The position numbers and the translations under genes were made by a program. A stretch of DNA of 58,061 bases, counting the filler, from Sphacelaria rigidula (Eukaryota), in assembly GCA_964200075.2 (NCBI GenBank). It is 8 parts of 8 records of this genome, joined end to end, with 100 filler letters (N's around TTAATTAATTAA, not from the genome) between each part and the next. Parts side by side here need not be neighbours in the genome. Positions count along the whole stretch, not along the records: positions 36,354 to 43,523 come from CAXNAA020016156.1; positions 43,624 to 50,792 come from CAXNAA020016157.1; 6 more parts are not named here. One strand, written 5' to 3'. This document shows positions 37,230 to 50,142 of this stretch, in pieces. Position 1 is the stretch's first letter. Each line of letters begins with the position of its first letter. The notes beneath the pieces are model-generated. The model had not been told where the DNA came from. It saw nothing but the letters and a program-made list of their open reading frames with translations, and did no database searches.

Positions 37230-37500
37230 GGGCCTGTCTCAGCACTCTTTTCTTTGATCGAAAAAATGAGGCGGTGGAATCGATCTGAGCGAAATTTTCT
37301 CGTTTTGGTGCAGTTGGGTCCAGATGGATTTTCAAGCTTTCGATCCAAAAAGTACGTGAAACGGCACATGGCCACCCGTGAACAGTACAGACAGTCTGTA
37401 CTGTCTGCACTGCTTGCAAGCAGGGTGTCTTGAGTGCGTATGTGCGATCTCGTTCTGGAGAATGTAAAGGAGAAGCGGGCGACGCGCAGTGCAGAGAGCC
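37230..37500 (+). mobile_element. Left end of a Harbinger/PIF-like non-autonomous element. Homologous copy at 43285-43523 and a related end at ~38105
   Basis: GGGC[C/G]TGTCT terminus, then GATCGAAAA..GCGGTGGAAT..AAATTTTCTCGTTTTG.TGCAGTTGGGTCC..ATGGATTTTCAAGCTTTCGATC shared with the 43285 copy. The terminus matches the TIR of the MITE at 51253. Confidence 0.65.
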
Positions 37501-40500
37501 CAGGACATCAGTTCTCTCTGCTTACAATGCGACGTGAAAAGCACTTCAGCAACGTGCAGCTTTGTACTGCCTGCACTATCCATGAGCGTACACGCAACTC
37601 GATTGCCCACCGTACCACGCAGTTCCGTCGCTGGTGCCTACCATGAGAGCATATATGCAAGTTTTCGCCAACAAAAAATGAAGAAAGCACACCCGACTAC
37701 TGCAGTGTATCTATCCCTGTGCTCAACTCGTGCTCTATGCTGCAGGGTTGCGGTGGTGGCTGAGAATGAGTTGGATGGAGGGTTACCGTTATTCAAAATA
37801 ATGAATTTCCGAGGGAGAGTCAACCTACCAGGTGAAAAACTTTGCCGAGAGAACGCTTCCCAAGACCACTTTGAATGTCAACCAATCCGTTTTTCAACAA
37901 CTATGAGGATTTGAGCTCGTTTCAAATCCGATTTTCTCCCGTGGATTGATTTTTCGGACCCCAGTCCGTTGGGCAATGTTTCTCGCCTGCCTCTGAGGAA
38001 ACCACAGATCAACTCTCCGATTCTCTGGGCGCTGACTTTTGGTTCATCACATTTCTGCTCGGATCGGGAGACTCCCGCATCTTCCCCGATTTGGGCCCCA
38101 GTTAAAGGCATGTCTTTTAGAACTTTTATTTTCGATCGAAAAGGTGCGGTCGAGTGATTTTTTGCCGACGTGATAGGTCCACAGCGTTCATATTCCTTGA
38201 AGGCTTCAACTCAAAATTACAATTAGCGGCGCGCGGAGAAGAGTGCAACAAGGTGAAAAAACAATCGGTTTCGATCGAAAAGATGCGGTCGAAAGGGACG
38301 AAGCGGCACTTCGGCACTTGACTCCTAACTTACAGACCACCACGCCAAGTGACACCTGTTCACAGGACCATGCAAACTACCCCTAACCACCACCCCATCG
38401 AAGGCATATAGGCAACCCTCGAACAAGAGGGGTGCAAAGTGTTCCCTGCGAGAAGTGTGCGTTGGCAAAAACCTCAAATCGACGGCCATGTATTAGACAC
38501 AAACCACACCTCCAGTCAGTACAGCAGTGCAGTGTTGACCACTTGACCGGCGTCCAGAATAGATGGGACGACAAAACCACTTGGTCGATTATAACCTTCC
38601 CGGTTGACGGGGGCACATCCAAAGCCTTGCTACGCAAGCCAACACAATCAGAGCTGAATCTAGGGAACTTGTTGGCCCCGCCAATCAATTCCACACAGCT
38701 CGAGCCTGAGCTGCTCATCAGCTGTGCACGTTGTGCGTGACCCTTGCTCAAATATGTTCACGATTCATTGAGCAATGATGATTTGTGTGAGGCGCACGCA
38801 CAAGACTCGCTCACAAAACGGTCAGCAACGACTCGTTTTCGGTTGTTTTTGACACGCACGCGGTCGCCATTCGTCCAATACAAAACGGATTTCTGTCAAA
38901 ACACAGACTGCCGTGTGTAGATTAGCGATGGCCACCGGTGAAACTCATACGCGTGAGTGGTGGGTGCCTGTGCGTGTTTTTTGGGGGCTGGGTGTGTAGG
39001 AGTTGCGTTGCCTTGTTTGTTGCGTCTTGTCTGTATCTATGTGGCATTACACATACCTTATTGGACTAACGATGATATCCAGACCCGCCGCATTTAACCT
39101 GCGTGCAGATGTGAGGGCCGATCTGTATGACAGTTCCTCTCGATAGGACTCAGGACTCGCCGTTATGGGGCCAATCCCCTGCCCAAAGGGGATTGTGTGA
39201 AAGGGCGAATCCTGGGCCAGCGAGAAGCAGGGCCTTCACCACCGAAAAGGCTCCTGAGCCAAAATCTTCTTTTTCGTCTGCTTTTTCGTGTCCATTCACT
39301 TCATCACGAAATTCCGAACCACCACTTTGCTCGAGTCGAACGGAGCCGAAGCCCCTCAACGCGAAGCAACCCACTCCACTGCCCAGTTAACATTACACTT
39401 TGCATGCGATTAACGAGTTTCAGCTCCATCGGTGCTCCCGGCGTTGTGCTTTCGCATGTGTGTCCGGATACACTGAGTAACAAGGCCAATCTATCCTTGC
39501 TCGAGGGGGATATCGTGAGTACTGACTTCTTACACATGGCTCTCCGAACGTACTCCAAAGCCCTTTTGTCCGGATTATTACGTTACTCTACACACGCTGG
39601 TTTCAGCGTTTTTATTGGTTCTTCCGGCGCGGCGTAATTTTCCGTGTTTGTCCGATCTCCCCGTCACTCCGAAGGCTGAAAGGTGGTGTTGACCCGCATC
39701 AACAGCCTAGGTCGGGAAAATGAGGTGCAATGAGGTGCTTTACAAGGACTGCTCAGGGCACGCCGACGCGTGTGCTGTACCGTGCTGTGGTGCACTACAC
39801 TGCACAGTTCTGTACTCTTCTGTGCTATGCTGTACTCTTTCGTACTCTACTGACTGTACTATTCTGTGATGCACTATACTTCTCTGTACTGTACTCTTGT
39901 GCTTATGCTGTCTGAGTAGTGCTGTATACTAACCACTAGAGCCCGGAGCCTCAGATCGTCCCTAGGTCACCGATCGTTGCCCTGTAGTTGAACCATAAGG
40001 CGGAGGGGTCTAACCTCCTCTTCAATTTTAAACTTTTTTCAGCACTATATCTGGCGAGACTGCCTGGGTGTGTTCTGTTGTTTTGTAGACGTCAGCACAT
40101 TTTTTTCAATAATGCACCCGCCCCCCCCCCCTAACAATGAAGGCCTGAAGAACAATACCCCTTGTTACTCTGGACGGCTTTTCCGTCCTTCTTTCCATTA
40201 TTTCTTTACCCTTTGAGCGCGAGGCTTCTCGTAGGTCACCTCGTAATGCAGTGATTTTTTTAGTAGAATTAAATCGGATTGAACAAATATTACCTAAGCT
40301 CGCGGTCAAAGGCTCTAGCAGCATACCGTCCTTGATGAACCCTTCACCCCAACACTCAACAAGAAAAAACAAATCCTCAAAGGATGAGTTCGGTGGCTAT
40401 CGTAGTAACAGATCCTTCGTGCTGTAGAAAATCTGAGTATATTGGTGCCTGTTAAACGCAAAGGGGGGATATATACCGACTACGTCGATATTGTGAACTC

Positions 40501-41089
40501 CACCGATTGTGATGGCAGTATTGTTTTCATCTATTATTTCTCGGCGTCAGTGTCCGATTGAAAATATCTTGCAGCAATTATGCGCAGAAACAGACCGAAA
40601 GAACACACTACTGTCTATCGTCACCGCCAGTATAGCTTTCGTGTACGTACGTGCTCGCACTTCTTCCATGTATAGTATTGAAATTGGTCATGATTTGTTG
40701 TTACCGCTGCTCGTGCACCACAACGATTGATTGTTGGTGCATGCGTCACCGTATTATATATGTGACGTGCTCGGCAACAACAATGTGATCATGATGACTT
40801 CAGTCTTGACTAATGAAAATAAGCATCGAGAATATCGCCACGAAAGCCTCAATAGTGAGCATTAGTACCCTAGCTGTGATCGCATCGAGAAAGGGCGCGC
40901 GCGTGGGTAGGGTTTTCGGCTTTTAAAGCCTTGGTAGCAGCGCATAAAGAGGTAATTCTGGGGGCGATGTGCCTGCGGCTGCATGCAATAGTATGTGAAC
41001 AAACAACGAGCTGACGTTGGTTTTCAGTAATCATGGCAGGAGGAGGAGAATCTAGAATTTGAAGACCGAAATTGGTCCTCATCAGTTAA

Positions 41090-41186
41090 CCCTTAGACCG
41101 CGAAGTTGGTCTTTCTGGATCATGCATACTTTTTTCACTTGAAATTGATGCCGATTCAACAGAAGACTAACCTCGCGGTCTAAGGG
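41090..41186. mobile_element. 97-bp piggyBac-like MITE
   Basis: TTAA|CCCTTAGACCGCGA...TCGCGGTCTAAGGG|TTAA: perfect 14-bp TIRs beginning CCC, with a TTAA target-site duplication. Confidence 0.9.
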
Positions 41187-42718
41187 TTAACATGACACGG
41201 AAGGTTCGGGAACCTGACAAGAGGCCGACGTTGGTTCTCAGTGAGTTTAGCAGAATGTTTGAGAAATTAAAAAAAGGCCGACGTTGGTTACTCGCGTGGT
41301 CTTTCATCTGAACGTAGTCTGAGGACCAGCCTAGAATGACTGTCGGATATCCCGAGAGAAAGCAGCAACTCCCATCGCATGCTCTGCACCTCTTCTACGT
41401 CGTAGAACGTAGTGGATTTGGGTTCGCGGGGCGACAGAATCGCTGGGCAATGGGCAGGTGCGATATCCTTTGAGGCGAATATAACAACACGTGATGGTGA
41501 TGATATAGTATAGGGGGTTCGGGCAGAAGAGATCCGGCACACAGCACTCAATAAACGGTATTATAATGTATGGTGCGAAGGGACCGAGCAGAAATGAGTA
41601 ATAATGAACAGCCGTTCATTGTTTCATATATTCTATTCATGAACGTTTCATACAGTTCGTACATTTATCAGATTCGAAAAAATGTTTTCTCCACATGTTT
41701 TAGTCCGCGCCCACAGTAGCACCAGATTACTCTTTTCGGAGAAATGCGGAACCTTCCATGTGACTACTATCAATCACGATGGAAAATAGGACGATTCAGA
41801 TGCTGACACGAGTCATAGCAATCAGTTGATCGAAATAACAAAGTCTAAATCAGACTCGGGTAACGCCAGTATTTCGGGGAAACTCGGACGAGACTTGACT
41901 GTACAGTAATAGTGGTGCGCGCTCACCATGCAGTCGTATGGCAATATCACAAGGAGTCTGGATCGAACCATCATCATACGAGTCATCAAAGAGAAGAAGG
42001 CAAGATCAGCGACGAGGAGTCCAAGCTTGACTAGAATCAAACTAGTGATCGCACGAAGACGAGAGGGGGCGTGTTCTCATGATAGAAGAGGGGGGAAATG
42101 ACCCGAACTCTCGAGTTGTGTGAGTCGTTCGGAAAAATCACAGCAGCCCTGATCCGAGTCTATTTTCATCGGTGGGGCCATTGAGACATACTGGGTAGCT
42201 AAACAAACTCAGACTTCAACTCCAGTCATCATGCAAGTCTTCCGGTAAAGTGAGGACGAGTTTTACCCTCAGAGTTTACCCCAGTTCGTATCCCTGATCC
42301 ACATTTGGAACATACTTGATTTTAGAATGAAACACCGATATTCGGATCTTTGATGGGACTGATGTTCCCGAGCACTCCCAGCGTGTGCGAATGCGTTTCT
42401 GCCTGAATCACGCGTCGATTTCAAGTCTGCCAACGCACAATTGACCTCGAGCAGTCCTTGAACCCCCATCACCGACTTGTTTTTACTCCGGTTCGTATCC
42501 CGTAATTCATGGTTGACACAAATAGCGCTAACCCCAACCCCTGGATATTTCCAAGAACTATCACACCTGCCCGATGCGCCAACATACGTCCCCCTGTTGG
42601 GTAATTCTGGAAATTTCAAAAACGCACGTTGCGGTTTGATCTTTAGTCCGCACTAAATTTCAAAGTTGGAAATACGAGTACTAGGTTTTGTAGAAGTTTT
42701 TTTTTAAGAGATTTGGAG

Positions 42719-42805
42719 TGTGGGGCATGTGTAGTTCGGAGTTCGGGGCACGTGTATCGCGGAATTTGGGACACGTGTGTTTCGCGGTTTGGGGCACGTG
42801 TATGA
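42719..42805. repeat. Short tandem repeat, 4 units of about 23 nt built on GGGGCACGTGT
   Basis: GGGGCATGTGT, GGGGCACGTGT, GGGACACGTGT and GGGGCACGTGT occur at regular spacing. Confidence 0.7.
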
Positions 42806-43997
42806 CGGTGCAGGCGGTCTCGGATGGAGTAGTGCTACGGTAGGGGTGCGCAAATACTTTCTGAGGAGAGAACTCTTAGGAGCCCTTCATCTCATCCAAA
42901 ACAAGACTTATGAAATATGTGAGGGTACGCCAGGATTATTATTCCAATGTACTAGGGATATCCCGGAAGAATTTGCGAACGGAGATGCCCTGACCCATAC
43001 TCTTGTGGATCTAGAATCGCCAGGAGCCCCTGAACCAGACAAGATTTTGCGCAAAAAGTTCACCCCTACCGTAGCATTGCTCGGTGCTCACCTCAATGCT
43101 ATCTCGGGTGCTCGTCTGCCCAACAGAGTTCACCAAATAGTCGATACTTGGTTTTAGCATAAGCACCGAAAGCCGATAATTGGATGTTCAGACCAAATAT
43201 TATTTTTGTATCCAAGCCAGCAACATTTTAGAGTATTGATGACGTACATTTTTTCGCGTTATTTATCTCTCTCTTGCTGGCTCAGGGCGTGTCTTACTTT
43301 TTTTTTTAATCGAAAAGACGAGCGGTGGAATTGAGTCACGTGAAATTTTCTCGTTTTGATGCAGTTGGGTCCGAATGGATTTTCAAGCTTTCGATCGAGA
43401 AAAGACAGTGAATTCGTGAAACGGTACATGGTCTGTAGTTTGCACTGCTTGCAAGTACGGTGTCTTGAGAACGTGTGTGCGTGCTTCGTGCAGGAGAAGA
43501 GAAAGAGGAAGCGGACAATGTGCNNNNNNNNNNNNNNNNNNNNNNNNNNNNNNNNNNNNNNNNNNNNTTAATTAATTAANNNNNNNNNNNNNNNNNNNNN
43601 NNNNNNNNNNNNNNNNNNNNNNNCTTTTAATAGTAAAATAGTAACAAGCACATTTGAGCATCTCGCCCACCTTTTTCTTTTCCCCCCCTCACCACTTTCA
43701 CCCCCCCCCCCCCCCCCCCCCCCGCGCGCCCCCCCTTTTTTTTATAACGCCTGCAAATCTCAAGATTCTGAATGAAGAAAAAATCCGGAAGTGTTGGTCA
43801 ATGATGAGATAGTTGTACGCTGGAAGAAAAACAAGGCTTCTTCGAAATTATCCTTAGATTTTTGAATAATTATACCGCATATATAGCAGGGGCGGAGTTT
43901 GAGTGTAGCCGGGAAAAATAGGAAAAAAAATGTTCCTCGAGCGCAAAATGGCTCAGTACTTCGCCGTTCCCCGTTGTGCGCCTTTGGCGTCCCGCAG

Positions 43998-46900
43998 GGC
44001 GTGCGATGGGCTGACCAGCGCGCGGAAGAAAAACCGCAGACCGTGTTCGATGCGCTGACGTGCCCCAACTTGGATGCCTTCCTGGATGCCGTGACCAACG
44101 AACGGAAGCGTACCGGGGCAATGGAGTGGACGGTTGATGGTATGTTGCTGTCGTGGTAGTGGGGCGTTTCAGGACTAGTAACTGTAGTCGGGCGTTTTAG
44201 GAGTAGTAGTAGTAGTAGTAGTCGTAGTCGTATACTACTACTACTACTACTACTAGTGGTACTGTTGGTTGACTGATTGATTGATTGTCGCATTTTAAAC
44301 CCCTGAAGCACAAGTTGCCGCCCACACATGTGCACTGGGTGACTCGTTCGGAAATGACTGAAGCAGCTGCCTTGGGTCAAGCAGTATGGATGATGATGAC
44401 TCGGGGGTTGGGGACAACGGAATACAAATGTCGTCTTGGCGGTAAAGGTGGTGCTCGTACATAAAATGGAGTTGGTCACCGATCGCGTGGGGGGTTAGTT
44501 ACCGCCATTGAACCCTCACGTGCAGCTGTTGGGAATGTTCCGAAAATACGCCCACCTCTCACGACGGATTAAATGATCCGCTAAGATTTTAGCCGCAATC
44601 ACGATATGACCCTACAGTACTCTGTGGCAATGGTTTAGTATACGGACGTCGGGCTACACCTTCCTGCTCTGCGACGGTGCGCTATCTACCGCTTTTCACC
44701 ATGGACCTGGAGGATGACACAGCAGCAGGGCATAGCCGAGCATGAGCAGCTTGAGTCAACGACGCTCTCTCTTAGGAGATGAAGTTACAGGAAAACCAGT
44801 AATTCATTGTCGTTTCTTCTTTCCGTCACTCTTTCATCTCCCCTCCCTCCTTTACTCTCCCTCCTGAGGGTTGGCGTCGGTTGGCATGGGCGCTGTAAAA
44901 ACCACGCTACTCACGTTTCTGTGAGCTAGGCATCCAGGTTCGTTTGCTTTTTTCCTGCGTGCGTTTTGTTATTGGTAACCATGATGGTGGTCGAGTTGGA
45001 TCGAAATGTGTAGGGCGAAAAACCCCAACTCTGCGCAAGGCAACGACCCTACTACGTAGTGTTGGAATGGTGAAACACTCATGAGGCAGTGTAACCCGTG
45101 GCTGTCTCTGGAAGTGGTAAGAGCAGGAAATGAAGCAACTCATTCAAGGCTGTCATCCACATGCGAAATAATTGGTACGCTTAAGGCCCAACAATCTTAG
45201 AAGGATGTGGCTCATCCCCCATGCGTCTCGCCGAACACATGACGACGCTTGGCACTTGGTGGTTGCGAACACGGTCCGTCGAAGACCCGGCGTGCTCCGT
45301 CCCGGCTTTGTAGGGATGCGAGATCAATGATCTCATGACTACGGCATGCAAGATCATGAGTACCCCCCCCCCCCCGTCTCTCTGCTCGAAACGGTCCATG
45401 GTATCGAGAGATGAACCTATTTTCCTTCGATGATTTCTTTATGAATGTAAGGAGAATCGTTTTCGAAGAGAAGCACGATGAAAACGCCTGGAGAGCAGGA
45501 AGGCTATTCATTAGATCGAGGCGAGTTTTAAGCTACGAGTAGGAAAGCAACTCCAGCCGACAAAACCTAACACACTCGCAAAACAAGTAATATTGAAATA
45601 CTCAAATCAGTCCTTTTTTGACGGCAAGCCAAACGGTTGACCAAAGGAAGTAATATCACGATTACAAGTACGTATGGGTTAGCTGATAAATGGATAAATC
45701 AAACAAATATGTACATATATTGAAAACTCTCTCTCTTTCTCTCTCACACACATCTTTGGATGCACGTCAGGTCAGGAGGAGAGCGACTGGGTCGAGGAGG
45801 TTGTGGAACACCTCCGCAAAGCCAAACGCGACGCCGCTAAGGTGACGAGAGCAAAAGCGCGAGTCGCTGAGGACGCGAAACGCAACCAGACCGACGACAC
45901 TGACCCGATGGCGAACATGAGAAGCAACTCTTCGATCGCGGGTCGGAAGGGGGCAAGCGGGGGCGCAAAATCGGCCGACGTTGTGAGCGAAGAGGAGCAG
46001 AAGAATGCTGCGCGTGAAGTGCCAGAGTGGATCATGCAGCAGCTGCCGAGTTTGTTGACCGTGCTTGAGGCTTGCAAGCATCTCGTTCAGGTGAGATGAG
46101 AGACGGAGCATACACAGAGACGGACGAAGGGGGACGTACCCTGATTCATACAAAATCGTCGCTTCTGTTCTTCGCAATGTTGTCCGACTCTCCTCAGATA
46201 CATGATCGCTGATTGCACATACTTTCTCCGATTTCTGTGTCTTGCTGTTTTATTCTGGGCATAAATTGAAAAAAATGGACATTTTCAGGACCCCAAGCTC
46301 CTCAAGACAATGGTGGATGCAAGCGAGAAGTTGGGTAGCAAAGCAACTGCCACCCCCAATGCAAACGGGGCCATCACCCCCAAAATGAGTAATGGGCCGC
46401 GCTTTCCCGGAGCGGGCAACGGCCACTCCGGGGCCGTCACCCCGAATCGCATGGGTGGCACCACGCCCAATGCTCGGAGTAGAGCCCAGGTTGCCCCTTG
46501 GAGTACGATCAAGGCTGCGCCGAAGTCGCCTGGGGTGCGAATGATCGAAGTGAGTCTACTTTTTTCACCTCGGCGGCAAGGTGATCGGTGTTTGTGTGTG
46601 ATGCTCGTATTTGGTATACTCCGCTGCGTGTCATCCTCCAATTTGGCATACTCCGCGGCGTGCCAAGCTCCAGTTTGTAACGACGGATTCACGATATGTT
46701 GATCCGGTGGTCGTTGATGAATCAATCACAAGGGTGGTACTTGTAGGTAAAGGGGGGGGAAATGAACTGTCTGGTTGCTTGAGAATACGACTGGTCACCA
46801 CACGAGGAAACTGGTGTTATTCCCAGTATCACAATGATTGCTAAGTCTGGATATACGTGTCTATACGCATGTGCTCCAGTCTTTTCAGGGAGACGTGGAG

Positions 46901-49900
46901 GCGCGGAATTATGAGGAGGAGTCGCTGCTCACTCACTGGACCGAGGTGGAGAGGTTAGGAAAGTCAGACACGCTGCAAGATCCGGTGAGTTGACCTGTTG
47001 GCTGTCGAGATATTTATTTGATTTTCACTGCACTCGCGGTGGTATAAAAAATCGACTGAAATGTGTTTTTTTTTTCATTACATTTTTCCATTCCGAATTG
47101 TTCCCTTCCCCTATATATATATTATTTATTTTTTTCGTCCCCTTCCCCTATATATATATTATTTATTTATTTTCCACGATACCAAAATGGAAACAAATAT
47201 CATGCCCCTGTTTCCTATTATCCAGGGCGGCCCAGAACATAAAAGTAGTATAGCATATCATATAAAGTTGTGCTCTCTGACTATTCACCATTCAAATGTA
47301 TTGTAACAGTTCGAACTGTGATTATCTATGCAGGGGGAAGGACCAGAGCTTCTGGAGGATCAGCTGCTGTGCTCGTACCTCGAGTACTCAGTGGGTCAGC
47401 CTACGCTGGGCACGCGCTCGTCTTCGCGAGTACAGAGCATCGTTCTGTCCAACTTGCAGTTCCTCGTCGATAGCGGGAGCCTCACCCCCATCCACTCCGA
47501 CACGAAGAAGTGAGTGTCCATACCATTTTTTTATTCACCACACCCTAGACCGCTTCCCCTCCTCAGAATGAGTCTGTAATCCCAAGGGATCACCCCGTTT
47601 CTTCCCCGGCACAGTACACGCCTTGCATTTTGGTTTCTCATATTGTACCATCCTCTCTTCCCCCCCCCCTCCCAACGCATGCACCACATGGCTTCTCCTC
47701 AGCAAGTAAACCCTGCTATACCACTCCCGCTCTGATACGTCGGAAATCGAGTAGACTTGAGAAGGTGTAAACGAAAAATGAAGGAATCTGCTGGGAATGG
47801 AATCTGCTTTTTTGCCCAACCTCATGATGAGGTTGTCCCTCTACACCACCCGAGCGCGACGACATGGCTTACAAATCACCCTTTTTCCGCTGGAGGGGTC
47901 AATCTGTTTGATCGTGAGGGCGGGGGTATGAAGCGAAAAAAAGTTTGACTGAGCCGATTAGATGAGTGTGAACTGGGAGCAGGAATGCTGGTCCGATCCG
48001 CGATACCAAAAGTACAGGGCGCGTACCCGAGAAAAGATAGCTTGATCCCTTGAGACAGCGGGCTTGTCCTCCAGGGGGGGGGCGAGTTGAAAGTGAGAAC
48101 AAAGAGAGAAGACAGCAATCGAAGTCCGTGCTTCACGTCGCTCTCTCGCGTCCCCCTCCTTCATGTTGCGTACGCACCCTTCGGCGTATGCATCAGATGC
48201 GGACCCGTAAAGTCGGACATCTTCCGGGAGATCATGGCGAGAATGTCAGCGATGGCGTCGATGCTTCACGCCATTCGCAGAGCGAGCAAAGACAAGAACG
48301 AAGACGGCGTAGCACAGGATCAGCTCAAAGATTTTAAGGACTTGAAGGTGTGTGTTGTATTTCTTGTGGGTGGGTGTCATTTCATTTTCGTGTATGTTTG
48401 GACCATATGATGTATATCCTGATGGATTCATTGAGTTTGTGGCTTCCCCGCTTTGTCATGTGTGTCATCATTGGTGGAGAGCTGCTAAAAAGGTTCAAAC
48501 CTATGGTGAGACTGTCGAATCCATCAAGAGGTGGGCGTCCGTGTTGTCGGCGTGTCGTAGCCACCTTATTATTATTATTATTATTTTTATTTTTATTTTT
48601 ATTTTTATTTTCATTTTTTGTCGCACTTTGAACCCCTCCCCTTCCTCGGGATAAGTCCGTGGTCTCAAGGGATCAACCCATCTCTCCCCCGGTAGCACTA
48701 GTCGTACTATAGTACTAGTAGCGTTACCAAATATGACTACTATTGAATGTGGGACAATCAATGAATGAATCGCCTATTAAAAGACTTGACGTTTATTCCT
48801 TGTGCCTTGTCTTCCGTGTCCCGTCATGTATTCTTCGCTTCTCTTGTATGACCGTGATCCATTCAGGGGGCGGTGCACGCTTTGCTGGCGTGGGTGAGCA
48901 TTAGCCAGATCTACGGCTGCATGTCGGCCGTCGCCATCGCGGGTGGCGCCGACGCTCCCAGCGATTCCGGGTAATAAGGGCCGCTCTTGTAGGGGCGAGA
49001 ATACGTCTTATTTCGATTGTTTTCGCACGTTTTTTGATGGAATACCTGGGCACGGCGATCATAGCTTTTGTAGGGATGCGAGGTCAACGGTCACATGAAT
49101 ACGACATGCAAGATCATGAGTACCCCCCCCCCCTCCCTCCTCCCCCCTTCCCCTCAGTACGCTCCCCCTTCCCCTCCCCCCCGTCTCGTCTAGTAGCGAG
49201 CCTTATCCGGCGAAACCGCGGCGCGCTCCGTCCCGGCTTCGCAGGGATGCGAATCCAATGGTTTTATGATTACGGCCTGCAGGGTATATGGGAACACCTG
49301 CCCTGTCTAGCATACCAAGAAGTGCGCTTTCGATGTGATGAAAACACATTTCAGAGCGTGTCGTGTTTATCTCCCATCTCGATGATCATGGTGTCGAACG
49401 ATACACTTTACTGCTGAGTCCAGCTAGTTTTCTGATCTTTTTCTCTGTATCGTTCATGTTGTCCTGCTCGGTTCACTCTGTTCTCTTCGTACCTCTTTCA
49501 ATTACCACTCCGCTTTGCCCGCTCCCCTATATGACTACGGCATGCAAGATCATGAATACCCCCCCCCCCCCCCCAAACCCTCCACAACTACCAATATACA
49601 AACACATATTACCAACAGCTCTTACACNNNNNNNNNNCCACACAACTTTTTTAGGAGGAGCACGTCCAAACACCCAAAAAAACCGACCAAAAAAACCTTA
49701 ACGCCCCCCCCCCCCCCGCCGGCACCTTCCAAAAAGCATAATGTGAATGAAAATTTACGTCAAAGTATTGCCGAGGTCGTAGGCTTGGTTCAAAGGTACT
49801 AGGAAAAAAAACTGCAATGAATTATTCCGAAAAGGACGAGTACCGTCCGCACCAGATGAATACCCACAGAGTAAATATTTCCTACCCTGCCCGCGCTCGA

Positions 49901-50142
49901 GTCAAGCACATTTCACGCTCCCCACCCCCGTCCCCCTCCTGCATTCGACGTGTCAGGTCCAGCCCGACGTCGATAGAGGTATTCGTAGTGGAAAAAGGGG
50001 TTATGACCTTCACAGGGGTAGCGGAAACGGAGGAGCACTACGGCTTTCACGCCCTGTACAAGGAGACCAACCAGGGGCTCACTGTGTACGTCACGAAGGA
50101 ACATCCTAACCAGGCCGCGGCGGTGCTTTGGTGTTACCTCAA
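43998..50142 (+). CDS. Internal portion of a large unidentified protein. Exons 43998-44139, 45771-46090, 46289-46549, 46889-46984, 47334-47509, 48197-48347, 48867-48970 and 49957-50142
   Basis: All seven introns are GT-AG with compatible phases (1,0,0,0,2,0,2), giving one open frame from GVRWADQRAEEKPQTVFDALTCPNLDAFLDAV... to ...GLTVYVTKEHPNQAAAVLWCYLK. No start or stop codon was found in this contig. Confidence 0.88.
44202..44258. repeat. Head-to-head (AGT)n/(ACT)n microsatellite forming a palindrome
   Basis: AGTAGTAGT...GTATAC...TACTACTACT read directly from the sequence. Confidence 0.85.
45082..45158 (+). repeat. Dispersed repeat of about 80 nt, with a second copy at 50714-50792
   Basis: GAGGCAGTGTAA..GTGGCTGTCTCTGGAAGTGG...AAAT.AAGCAACTCATT...GGCT.TCATCC is present in both places. 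Confidence 0.8.

Larger units (their letters stand above)
36354..39108. repeat. Diverged inverted pair of about 400 bp (36354-36740 and 38705-39108)
   Basis: Shared blocks in opposite orientation: TCTGC.C.CAGGT.AAATGCGGCGG, ACAAGACGCAA, CACCACTCACG, GCGTGTCAA, CAACCGAAAACG, GGTCACGCACA and CAGCTGATGAGCAGC. Confidence 0.8.

Noticed and set aside
43760..44479. 239-aa minus-strand ORF as a gene
   Set aside because: It is antisense to a real exon and runs through microsatellites, with no coherent protein signal.
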